Source: Bacteroidota bacterium (GTDB lineage: Bacteria; Bacteroidota; Bacteroidia; AKYH767-A; OLB10). From it: a stretch of 64,000 nt of DNA. Below are positions 41,501-49,006 of the stretch, in pieces. Position 1 is the first letter of the stretch. Every line of letters starts with the position of its first letter. Made by a program: the position numbers and the translations under genes. Below the pieces are notes generated by a model. It searched no databases and was not told where the DNA came from. It saw nothing but the letters and a program-made list of their open reading frames with translations. The DNA lies in contig JANXSD010000087.1 of assembly GCA_025352785.1 (NCBI GenBank), positions 2,883-66,882 on the forward strand, given 5' to 3'.

Positions 41501-41965
41501 TTTAATTATAACATTCAAGTAGATCAGTCTCAAAATTATGCATTCCAAGCACTAGCAAGTAACATGCGTGGTTTCATTCAAAATATTAGAAACGGTAATA
41601 GTTTCGCATTAATAAATTCAGAATTAAGAGTTCCACTTTTTCAATACATCATTAACAAACCCATAAAATCAGATTTTATCCGTAACTTTCAAATAGTTGG
41701 ATTTGCTGATGTAGGCACTGCATGGACTGGACCTTCTCCATACAGCAGTCAAAATACTTTCTTCAAAAAAGAATATCCAGAAAACCCTGGAGGCGACATA
41801 AAAGTAGTGATCACAAAAGATGTAAACCCAATTGTTGGAGGTTACGGATTTGGATTACGTAGTCGTTTGTTAGGATATTTTTTACGTGCTGATTGGGCTT
41901 GGGGAGTTGACAATGGAGAGGTGCAACCCCGTATTTTCTATTTCTCATTAGGATTAGATTTTTAA
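38558..41965 (+). CDS. large outer-membrane protein: signal peptide, unassigned about 270-aa domain, TolB-like PD40 beta-propeller repeats, long low-complexity linker, C-terminal Omp85-type (surface-antigen) beta-barrel; no POTRA recognised
   Basis: 1135 aa. Signal peptide MSTSQRCFRLLQIITCCILIFTSTTQAQ. PD40 units (VKVSPDGNSVAYVTNNLGKYKVWLYD; AIAWHPSGRYLTAI; DRYIVFSSTRYD). Lys/Ser/Pro-rich linker (about aa 640-720). C-terminal Omp85 motifs: MRGF, GNSFALINSELRVPLF, FQIVGFADVGTAW, GGYGFGLRSRLLGYFLRADWAWG, ending with an aromatic F. Confidence 0.6.
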   Translation: MSTSQRCFRLLQIITCCILIFTSTTQAQFSRGTQMTFGKNRVQYNDFLWTFYRFKNFDTYYYLGGQELAIYAGRTADQEIEEIEKLYDYKINGRFQFLIYNKLSDFKQSNLGLEGDEQSSNTGGLTKIIDKKVLIYFDGNYVHFREQVRAGVAEVMFTELMYGGSIKNRIQAAVLLNLPTWYVEGLNTYIAQGWSVEDDNRMREGIISGKYKKFNHLAGKEAVFAGHSLWNFIVETYGSSAVSNLLYMTRINRNIETSFEFVLGTTTPDLMHNWLDYYQRLYLDDDKSRSDYSGKPIITIKKQNRIVSQVKVSPDGNSVAYVTNNLGKYKVWLYDTRKNKCKRIAKGGYKSQTQITDLSFPAIAWHPSGRYLTAIKEKKGKIWMDYYTPGKRSKRETTKFFYFDKVIDFSYSSTGNEMVMSAVQKGQSDIFVFNPRTKTSQQLTKDRWDDKTPRFALNDRYIVFSSTRYDDSLKVTNLKQADPLQIPKTTDLFLLDYAGRSQQLLRLTNTPSSNETQPMMVDSTHFTYLSDQSGIINRYYATIDSTISYIDTIVHYRYVANEIPQSNYKRNIITHDVNYKSTRYAELTKLDNKTKIYLLPTPPLDSTFKSPLRKTSLAFKLDKLLKPVIIPQKHADATITLPPPSKQFEDVKSDPSKIKDSSKVDISNYQFQSEFPNKKKKNEEKPKTVSTPESEPSSGIIPVKNNPNSTIPSNELDSAIQIKVVKVDTNYLLPKLRNYDIAFSPSYLVTQLDNNSLNETYQTYTGGAVYFDPGLSALIKIGLNDLFDDYKIVGGFRLSGNLTSNEYYVSFQNLKHRLDKQLSFTRQSREELTTNSLFRIHTHEAKYVLRWPFSDVSSVRGSVSYRNDRTVNLSTDVVNLGIPNRYQNWANVHMEYVYDNTISTGLNLYNGVRLKLFAESFKQLDQKNTFMSVIGGDIRYYQKIHRQIILANRFAASTSFGEQKIVYYLGSTDNAFTPVNNFNYNIQVDQSQNYAFQALASNMRGFIQNIRNGNSFALINSELRVPLFQYIINKPIKSDFIRNFQIVGFADVGTAWTGPSPYSSQNTFFKKEYPENPGGDIKVVITKDVNPIVGGYGFGLRSRLLGYFLRADWAWGVDNGEVQPRIFYFSLGLDF

Positions 41966-41982
41966 ATTTAAAATAAAAAATC

Positions 41983-43173
41983 ATGACACCTGAACGTATT
42001 CAACATCTGGCGGAAAGTCATCACCGTGATATCATTGCCATTCGTCGTCATTTGCACATGCATCCTGAATTATCTTTTCAAGAGCATGAAACTTCTCATT
42101 ATGTTTCGCTTCGCTTAACAGAGATGGGAATAGCCTTTAAAGATAAAATTGCTGATACTGGTTTAGTAGCTTTAATTGAAGGAAAAAATCCAAGTAAAAA
42201 AACGATTGCATTACGTGCAGATATGGATGCATTGCCAATTACCGAAGCGAATGATGTACCGTATAAATCAAAAAATATTGGTGTGATGCATGCATGTGGT
42301 CATGATGTACATACTGCTTCGTTGTTAGGTACTGCTGCGATTTTAAATGAATTAAAAGATGAGTTCGAAGGAACAATCAAATTAATTTTTCAACCTGGAG
42401 AAGAAAAACTTCCTGGTGGTGCGTCAATGATGATTGCTGAAGGTGTGATGGAAAATCCTAGGCCCGCATGTATACTTGGGCAACATGTAATGCCTTTAAT
42501 TCCTGTGGGGAAAGTTGGTTTTCGGTCGGGTATTTACATGGCCAGTACCGATGAATTATATCTGCGTGTAAAAGGAAAAGGCGGACATGGCGCAATGCCA
42601 CATCTTAACATCGATCCTATCCTTATCACTGCACATCTAATTGTTGCCATGCAGCAAATTGTTAGTCGGGTAGCCAACCCAACCATACCAAGCGTTTTAT
42701 CGTTCGGTAAAATAATCGCCAATGGTGCTACCAATGTGATCCCTAATGAAGTTTATATCGAAGGAACCTTCCGAACACTTGATGAAAAATGGAGAATGGA
42801 AGCTCATAAACACATGCTCGATTTGGCGCATCAATTAGTGCAGTCGATGGGAGGTATATTGGAATTTGAAATCCGTAAAGGTTATCCGGTACTTTTTAAC
42901 GACGAAGAACTCACCAAAAAAACAAAAGCAGCTGCCATCGAATATTTAGGAAATGAAAATGTAGTTGATCTTGATATTTGGATGGCAGCAGAAGATTTCG
43001 CTTTCTATTCTCAAATATCTAAAGCCTGTTTTTACCGATTAGGAACACGCAATGATGCTAAAGGAATTATTTCAACAGTTCATACTGCTACTTTCGATAT
43101 CGATGAAGAAGCTTTGAAAACTGGAATGGGTTTAATGGCGTGGTTAGCGATTCGCGAATTGAATCAAGCCTAA
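41983..43173 (+). CDS. M20-family metallo-amidohydrolase (N-acyl-L-amino-acid amidohydrolase / hippuricase-like)
   Basis: 396 aa with the M20D metal-binding motif MHACGHD plus conserved Glu and His further downstream. The stop overlaps the convergent fbp stop by 4 nt. Confidence 0.8.
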   Translation: MTPERIQHLAESHHRDIIAIRRHLHMHPELSFQEHETSHYVSLRLTEMGIAFKDKIADTGLVALIEGKNPSKKTIALRADMDALPITEANDVPYKSKNIGVMHACGHDVHTASLLGTAAILNELKDEFEGTIKLIFQPGEEKLPGGASMMIAEGVMENPRPACILGQHVMPLIPVGKVGFRSGIYMASTDELYLRVKGKGGHGAMPHLNIDPILITAHLIVAMQQIVSRVANPTIPSVLSFGKIIANGATNVIPNEVYIEGTFRTLDEKWRMEAHKHMLDLAHQLVQSMGGILEFEIRKGYPVLFNDEELTKKTKAAAIEYLGNENVVDLDIWMAAEDFAFYSQISKACFYRLGTRNDAKGIISTVHTATFDIDEEALKTGMGLMAWLAIRELNQA

Positions 43174-44207
43174 ACTACTTTTTCCACTGCATTGCGTAAT
43201 AGTTCTTCTGCTTTAGCAACCATTTTTTTTGAGCCAATAAAAAGTGGAGTTCTTTGATGCAATGCTTCTGGTTGCAATTCGAGAATGCGCTTAACGCCAT
43301 TACTTGCAACTCCACCTGCTTGCTCGGCAATAAATGCCAACGGATTACATTCGTATAATAAACGTAATTTACCATTTGGAGATTTTCCTGTTGATGGATA
43401 AATATAAATTCCACCTTTGATCATATTGCGGTGAAAATCTGCAACGAGTGACCCAATATATCTTGTAGAATATGGACGATTTGTTGCCTTGTCATCTACT
43501 TGGCAAAATTTAATGTAATCTTTCACTCCCCGAGGAAAATGAGCGTAGTTGCCTTCGTTGATACTGTAAATGGAGCCGTCTTCTGGAATTTTCATATCGG
43601 GATGAGATAAACAAAACTCACCAATAGATGGATCAAGTGTGAAGCCATTTACACCTTTCCCAGTAGTATAAACCATCATGGTACTTGAGCCATAAATCAC
43701 ATATCCAGCGGCTACTTGCTCCGTTCCCTTTTGCATAAAATCTTCCAACCGTGTAGGTCCTGTCATTCCTTCCTTACGGCGATAAATAGAAAAGATAGTT
43801 CCAATATTTACATTCACATCAATGTTGGATGAGCCATCTAATGGATCAATACAAACAACATAATTCGCATTCTTTGATACCTCACTTTCGATATCTACCA
43901 GATCTTCGTTTTCTTCTGAAGCAATCGCTAAACATTCACCTCCCGAACGTAGTGCATTGATGAATTGCTCATTGGCATACACATCCAACTTCTTCACATC
44001 TTCGCCTTGAATGTTGGTAACCCCAAAGTCACCAATAATATCAACTAAACCTGCCTTGTTTACCTCTCGATTCACTATTTTAGAAGCAATGCCTATGTCT
44101 CGTAACAACCGACTTAATTCGCCCTTGGCATATTGGAAATCTGATTGACGTTCAATGATAAATTGCCCTAGTGTGATAAAGCGTTTAGTAGGCTGATGTG
44201 TAAACAT
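43170..44207 (-). CDS. fbp: fructose-1,6-bisphosphatase class I
   Basis: 345 aa; FBPase class-I motifs (ASEENE, ...[12 protein letters not shown]..., [11 protein letters not shown]). Confidence 0.9.
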   Translation of the reverse strand: MFTHQPTKRFITLGQFIIERQSDFQYAKGELSRLLRDIGIASKIVNREVNKAGLVDIIGDFGVTNIQGEDVKKLDVYANEQFINALRSGGECLAIASEENEDLVDIESEVSKNANYVVCIDPLDGSSNIDVNVNIGTIFSIYRRKEGMTGPTRLEDFMQKGTEQVAAGYVIYGSSTMMVYTTGKGVNGFTLDPSIGEFCLSHPDMKIPEDGSIYSINEGNYAHFPRGVKDYIKFCQVDDKATNRPYSTRYIGSLVADFHRNMIKGGIYIYPSTGKSPNGKLRLLYECNPLAFIAEQAGGVASNGVKRILELQPEALHQRTPLFIGSKKMVAKAEELLRNAVEKVV

Positions 44208-44356
44208 AGTTGGAGAGTGTATAATTACAAAGATAAGATGGAACTGATAACATCAAAAGGAAATGATGATTGATCCACCATTATTTATACACGAATGGAT
44301 GAGGAAAGGTTTTCTCAATCTGCTCACTAAAATCATTTTTATTCTGTCAGAAAAGA

Positions 44357-44364
44357 TACATTTG
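44357..44364 (+). promoter_or_regulatory. Bacteroidota -7 promoter element TACATTTG (TAnnTTTG), 4 nt upstream of the serA start codon; predicts a leaderless serA transcript
   Basis: Exact match to the TAnnTTTG consensus at 44357-44364; the ATG is at 44369. Confidence 0.35.
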
Positions 44365-44368
44365 CTAC

Positions 44369-45604
44369 ATGGCTATCATCGCAACTTCCTATCCAAAAGA
44401 TAAAATCAATATTTTATTATTGGAGAACATTCATCCATCAGCAATAAAATTATTTCGTGATAAAGGTTATACCAACATTGAATCGATAACTGGATCAATC
44501 AATGAAAAAGAGTTGCTTGATAAGATGGCGAATGTTCATCTTTTAGGAATTCGTTCGAAGACACAAGTTTCGGAAGCGATTTTAAACAATGCACCTAAGT
44601 TATTAGCTGTTGGAGCATTTTGCATTGGAACCAATCAAGTAAAGATGAAACAAGCTACAAAAAATGGTATAGCTGTTTTCAATTCACCGTTTTCTAATAC
44701 ACGTTCTGTTGCTGAACTCGTAATCGGCTTAGGTATTATGTTGATGCGCCGCGTATATGAAAAAAGTGAAGCCGCTCATAAAGGATTATGGTTGAAAGAG
44801 AGTGAACATTGTTTCGAAGTGCGCGGAAAAACATTAGGCATCGTTGGTTACGGACATATCGGAACTCAAGTATCCATTCTTGCAGAAGCATTGGGTATGA
44901 AAGTAATTTTTTATGATGTTGCATCTCGATTAAGTTTAGGAAATGCAAAGGCTGCGCGATCATTAGATGACTTATTAAAAAAATCAGACATCATCACATT
45001 ACATGTTCCAGGAACTGTTGATACAAAAGATTTAATTGATGCTCAAAAAATAAAGAAAATGAAATCGGGCGTGGTGTTGTTGAATTTAAGCAGAGGCGAT
45101 GTAATGGATGTATGGGCTGTAAAAGAAGCCATCGAGAAACGACATATTGGTGGATTAGCTGTTGATGTTTTTCCTATTGAACCAAAAAGCAATAAAGATG
45201 TTTTTGCATCACCTTTACAAGGATTGCGGAATGTGATTTTAACTCCGCATATTGGTGGCAGCACTGTTGAAGCGCAAGAAGCAATCGGTTTAGATGTTGC
45301 AGAAAAATTAATTAATTATGTTGATAGTGGAAGTACAGCAGGATCATTAACAGTTCCTGATTTAAGCCTTCCATTACTTTCAAATGCACATCGTATTTTG
45401 CATATTCATAATAATGTACCGGGAGTGCTTTCACAAATCAATGGCGTGTTATCAAAAATGAAAGTGAATATTCTTGGTCAATATTTAAAAACAAACGAAG
45501 ACATTGGCTATGTAGTTTTAGACATCGAAAAAAAGAATAGCACCGCCGTAATGACGGAATTAAAAAAAGTAAAAAATACGATTAGGACAAGAAGTTTGTA
45601 TTGA
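44369..45604 (+). CDS. serA: D-3-phosphoglycerate dehydrogenase (long form with C-terminal ACT domain)
   Basis: 411 aa; N-terminus MAIIATSYPKDKINILLLENIHP parallels E. coli SerA; NAD-binding motif GIVGYGHIGTQV; the catalytic-pocket region HIGGST contains conserved His; C-terminal ACT-like region. Confidence 0.9.
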   Translation: MAIIATSYPKDKINILLLENIHPSAIKLFRDKGYTNIESITGSINEKELLDKMANVHLLGIRSKTQVSEAILNNAPKLLAVGAFCIGTNQVKMKQATKNGIAVFNSPFSNTRSVAELVIGLGIMLMRRVYEKSEAAHKGLWLKESEHCFEVRGKTLGIVGYGHIGTQVSILAEALGMKVIFYDVASRLSLGNAKAARSLDDLLKKSDIITLHVPGTVDTKDLIDAQKIKKMKSGVVLLNLSRGDVMDVWAVKEAIEKRHIGGLAVDVFPIEPKSNKDVFASPLQGLRNVILTPHIGGSTVEAQEAIGLDVAEKLINYVDSGSTAGSLTVPDLSLPLLSNAHRILHIHNNVPGVLSQINGVLSKMKVNILGQYLKTNEDIGYVVLDIEKKNSTAVMTELKKVKNTIRTRSLY

Positions 45605-45644
45605 AGAAAGTTATTGTTCATCTCTTATGATGTTGCTGTTAGAT

Positions 45645-45683
45645 TTTTGGTGTCACTTTATAGTTTGCAAATTGACACCAAAA
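45645..45683. other. perfect 11-bp inverted repeat (ttttggtgtca ... tgacaccaaaa) with a 17-nt loop, 41 nt after the serA stop; no downstream U-tract
   Basis: Read directly from the sequence; the right arm overlaps the 5' end of repeat module A1. Confidence 0.5.
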
Positions 45684-45738
45684 GAATATTTCCATGTCAG
45701 CAATTTATACATTGTGAGTGCGGAGGTGGTCAAGCAAA
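45670..45738. repeat. intergenic repeat module A, copy 1
   Basis: aattgacaccaaaagaatatttccATGTCAGCAATTTATACATTGTGAGTGCGGaGgTGGTCAAGCAAA matches copy 2 at 45906-45973 (42 of 45 core positions identical, plus a similar 5' lead). Confidence 0.7.
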
Positions 45739-45828
45739 TGGACAAAAAAAGATTAGAATACGAAACCTTATTATTATTCTAAATTTATTTAGATGGTAGC
45801 ATCAAAACCTTTTCGAAGGGAAATTCTG

Positions 45829-45882
45829 TATCACAAAGAAAATCAGAATTGGGTATATTAAAATCCCTTCACGCGCTCACGG
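45829..45882. repeat. intergenic repeat module B, copy 1
   Basis: atcacaaagaaaatcagaattgGGTATATTAAAATCCCTTCACGCGCTCACGG. The 31-nt 3' core is identical to copy 2 at 46247-46277. Confidence 0.7.
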
Positions 45883-45905
45883 TCACCAAAAAATTACGAA
45901 TTACG

Positions 45906-45973
45906 AATTGAAAAAAAAGAATTTTTCAATGTCAGCAATTTATACAATGTGAGTGCGGTGTTGGTCAAGCAAA
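45906..45973. repeat. intergenic repeat module A, copy 2
   Basis: aattgaaaaaaaagaatttttcaATGTCAGCAATTTATACAATGTGAGTGCGGtGtTGGTCAAGCAAA. A third, degenerate start (aattgaaaaaaaatag) lies at 46292-46307. Confidence 0.7.
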
Positions 45974-46222
45974 AGAGCGAACCGACAATTGGTTTACCAA
46001 TTAAGTAAATAGAAACAACTACCATTTTTATTTCACTTAATAATTTGAGCAGTTCGCAGAAAGTTCAATTGTAGGTTGGTTTTGCTTGCGCCTTTTTCTT
46101 TGGTTCGTTTCTTTTTTTGCGTAAAAAAGAAATGAACAAAAAAAATTAGGAAAACGAATTGTTTGTTTTACCACATGACAATAGAGTTGGAAGGTTTCAA
46201 TCTTATTCGTAGAAAGGTAATG

Positions 46223-46277
46223 AATCACAATGAAAATCCGAATAGTGGTATATTAAAATCCCTTCACGCGCTCACGG
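46223..46277. repeat. intergenic repeat module B, copy 2
   Basis: atcacaatgaaaatccgaatagtGGTATATTAAAATCCCTTCACGCGCTCACGG. Both B copies are followed 15-22 nt later by aattgaaaaaaaa. Confidence 0.7.
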
Positions 46278-46777
46278 CGTTGCAACTTCTCAATTGAAAA
46301 AAAATAGTTTCGTCTTCGTCGCTAGCGACTCATTGTTAGGTAGCGGTATCATCTTATCTAGCGAACCGCTCTGGGGCCGCGGAGGCCACCAACCAAAAAA
46401 AATTATCCGCTACACCTTGCGGCATTCTAATTTTATAAACGAATAATTGTTACTCCAAATATTTCTCTTGCAACAAGTTTACTGTTCGCAAGCTGAGGCG
46501 GAAATTTTTATGGTTTGATATTTATAATCATCATTTAATCTTGAATTCTAAGAAAAACTAATTCAGAAACTGCAAACTAAATCCTGCTAATCATTTTAAT
46601 CATAGTAATCCTAAAAATCCAGCGTGCCATGAAGACTTGTTCTTCATGGTTCAGACAATTTACAACAAATCACATGATTTTCATTATATTTGCCACATAC
46701 CACGAAACTCAATAAATTTAAGATACACAAGATACCCAATTTTTCCGCGAACTTTAGAACAACAAAACCCTTTCCTG

Positions 46778-46816
46778 GCCTCCCCTGAACACACATCACG
46801 GGAGGCTTTGTTATTT
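46778..46816 (+). terminator. GC-rich hairpin plus T-tract (intrinsic terminator) on the plus strand, with no plus-strand ORF upstream
   Basis: gcctccc ... gggaggc (7-bp G/C stem) with a 15-nt loop, followed by TTTGTTATTT. On the minus strand the same hairpin is followed by a weaker U-tract (gguuuuguuguu) after a 9-nt spacer, so it may also serve tatA. Confidence 0.5.
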
Positions 46817-46852
46817 AAGCCCAAAGTAGTTTTAGATCAAAGTATCCAAAAC

Positions 46853-47053
46853 CTATTTAGATGTTTTTTCTTTTTCTTCTGCTGCTACATCAGTAACTGT
46901 TGAAGCATCTTTAAATTCGCGTATTCCTTTACCTAGTCCTTTCATTAATTCTGGAATCTTTTTTCCTCCGTACATGAGCATAACCACTGCTGCTATCATA
47001 ATAAGCTCTGGGCCTCCAAGACCCAGCATACCCACTAAAATTGTATTTATCAT
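46853..47053 (-). CDS. tatA: twin-arginine translocase subunit TatA/E
   Basis: 66 aa; an N-terminal transmembrane helix, then an amphipathic helix ([36 protein letters not shown]). Confidence 0.85.
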   Translation of the reverse strand: MINTILVGMLGLGGPELIMIAAVVMLMYGGKKIPELMKGLGKGIREFKDASTVTDVAAEEKEKTSK

Positions 47054-47143
47054 TTTGTTCTTTTTATTGAGAATTGATTTCTTTAAAAACCGTTATTGTC
47101 ACCTTATAATAAGATGACAATAACGGCATTCTATTGTTAAAAA

Positions 47144-47962
47144 TTATACGATGAATAATCCAGCAATGGCAAGGGTTTGAGAAGAAGTAAGTGGCTCATC
47201 AAATGCCTCTTGTATAGAACTTAGTGGAACAGATGTTATTGTCGTTACACTGACACCACCTTGTATAAAATTATCTTCGCCATCATAAATTGGTTGAGTA
47301 GCCGAAGGCATACTACCTCTACTACTTCCAGAAATCCATCCTTTATTTCCAGCATCTAATCCATTTTTTGCGCGAAGTCGTCTCACTTGTGATGCGTGGC
47401 GTGCTTCAACAGAATGTATTTGTAAAGCAGCTGTCAAAACCGCATTGTCACTCATCAAATTTCCTGCTTGTCCTTTATATGCACGTACACCAGTATCTTC
47501 AAACCCTTGGGACAAGGCCAGAAAATCAGCGTAAATACTAAAAGGACTAAAAGCTCCTTGAGCAGTAAAATCAAATGTTGGTTTTGCTACCGCTGTACCA
47601 CCTAAAGTTGTGATAGTTGTTTGTAGAAAACTAACATGTATAGATTCATGTTTTTTAATTTGGTTGAAAATTGTTAAGTCGATGGCCGGGATTACTCCCG
47701 AAGCAATTCCCATGGTATAAAATTCTTCTTCTAAATATTCCAATGTGAGCGCGAAGTTTAATACATCTACTATTGTTTGTACACTTCCATTTTTAGCTTT
47801 GGATGTTTCAGGAAGAGCCATTAATATTCCCACAGGAACTGCAGCTAATGCAAGGTCTTTTCCAATTCCGCCTAAATTCAATAATGATTCGCGTCGAGAT
47901 TGGGGAGCTTTGGGATCTGATTTCAAATCACCAATACTTTCTATCATTTTTAATAAGTTCAT
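47144..47962 (-). CDS. ferritin-like (Ferritin_2/DUF4439-type) domain protein with a twin-arginine-type signal peptide
   Basis: An N-terminal SRRESLLNLGG motif followed by a hydrophobic stretch. Paired EARH / E..H ferritin-like di-iron motifs (SVEARHASQVRRL; KKHESIHVSF). Confidence 0.6.
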   Translation of the reverse strand: MNLLKMIESIGDLKSDPKAPQSRRESLLNLGGIGKDLALAAVPVGILMALPETSKAKNGSVQTIVDVLNFALTLEYLEEEFYTMGIASGVIPAIDLTIFNQIKKHESIHVSFLQTTITTLGGTAVAKPTFDFTAQGAFSPFSIYADFLALSQGFEDTGVRAYKGQAGNLMSDNAVLTAALQIHSVEARHASQVRRLRAKNGLDAGNKGWISGSSRGSMPSATQPIYDGEDNFIQGGVSVTTITSVPLSSIQEAFDEPLTSSQTLAIAGLFIV

Positions 47963-47973
47963 GATCGTTTTTT

Positions 47974-48669
47974 TTAAGAGGTTGGTAAATTATTTGCGTT
48001 CAGTTTTGTTGTTAGGTAGGCAGATGCAATACTCAAAACTTGCAACGGAGTTTTAGCTCCATCTAAGCCACCTACAATAACATCATCACCAGAGAAATCT
48101 GCAGATCCTGGATTAATAAGATCGCGAATTGCAGCAGCATGACGAGCTTCAACGGAAACAATTTTACCGGCAAGTAACAAGTAATTAACGTCAACAATAA
48201 GTTTGCCTGCACCATTGTATGCAGATACTCCTAAATCTTCAAATGCTTTAGCTGTAGCCAAAACACTTGCGCGATTATTAAAATCAATTGAGGTAAAATT
48301 CATTACCAGAGATGGAATTGCAGCAGTTCCGATTGCTGCCTTAAAAAAATCGCGATGTGCAATTTCATGCTTTTTCAAATCTCCTAAGATTGCCAATTCT
48401 GCACTTGACATTCCAAAATAAGGTGTTGCAATTACTTGTGTGTAAAATGCGGCTTCCAACTGCTCAAGAGCATAAGCATAATTTAAAATACCAACGTCAC
48501 CACTTCCCAAATTTATTCCATCATCAGTAGTTGTGCCACTATCTTTTTTGCAGCCTGCCATTAATAAGCCCGCAGCAGCCATAGAAGCTCCTGCGTACTT
48601 TAAAAAGCTTAGCCTTGCAATTGGTTTTTGCAAGAATCCACTTTCTTGCGTTTCATCTTTTGTTTGCAT
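47974..48669 (-). CDS. ferritin-like domain protein, paralog of the adjacent gene; lipoprotein-like signal (…LLMAGC)
   Basis: Ferritin-like motifs VEARHAAAIRDL and KKHEIAHRDF. N-terminal ARLSFLKYAGASMAAAGLLMAGCKK resembles a Tat/lipoprotein signal but has only one Arg. Confidence 0.6.
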   Translation of the reverse strand: MQTKDETQESGFLQKPIARLSFLKYAGASMAAAGLLMAGCKKDSGTTTDDGINLGSGDVGILNYAYALEQLEAAFYTQVIATPYFGMSSAELAILGDLKKHEIAHRDFFKAAIGTAAIPSLVMNFTSIDFNNRASVLATAKAFEDLGVSAYNGAGKLIVDVNYLLLAGKIVSVEARHAAAIRDLINPGSADFSGDDVIVGGLDGAKTPLQVLSIASAYLTTKLNANNLPTS

Positions 48670-49006
48670 GATTTTAAATTTTATTAGGTTAAAATGTTCA
48701 TTTAATTTCTAACTATAAATTGTTGTGCCAATTTTATTTTTAATAAATTCACTCATTAGCAATGAGGTTTATTTAAAATCATTTACGATAATTATATCGT
48801 TATAGATTGTAGGAGTTATAAAAACATCTTTAAAAATTACAATGAGAAATAAATTACACAAGTAAAAATCTATGCCTAAAAATTACGGTTGTTTTAATTT
48901 TAAAAAAGCAGCTTCAATCTGATGATAAACTTACCCAAAAAAATTATAATTTTATCGTACTTGAATTATAGTGTAAAAAATATCATCCTTAAATAAAATA
49001 CATTTA

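Noticed and set aside
45670-46307. Possible CRISPR array suggested by repeated modules with intervening unique sequence
   Set aside because: There are only two full copies of each module. Unit lengths are irregular (236 and 386 nt), the repeats are 54-68 nt with mismatches, not 28-37-nt exact repeats, and no cas genes occur in the window.
46310-46425. tRNA, tmRNA, SRP RNA or RNase P RNA in the GC-rich island
   Set aside because: No T-loop (GTTCRANYC) or acceptor/CCA architecture; no SRP domain-IV GGAAGCAGCC-like motif; no RNase P P4 / GGAAAGUCCGG motif; no tmRNA tag reading frame. Left as an unclassified structured element.
46637-46903. 88-aa plus-strand ORF overlapping tatA on the opposite strand
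   Set aside because: Low-complexity translation (FFFFFCC), no start context, and it overlaps a well-supported tatA. It is more likely non-coding sequence that contains the terminator hairpin.
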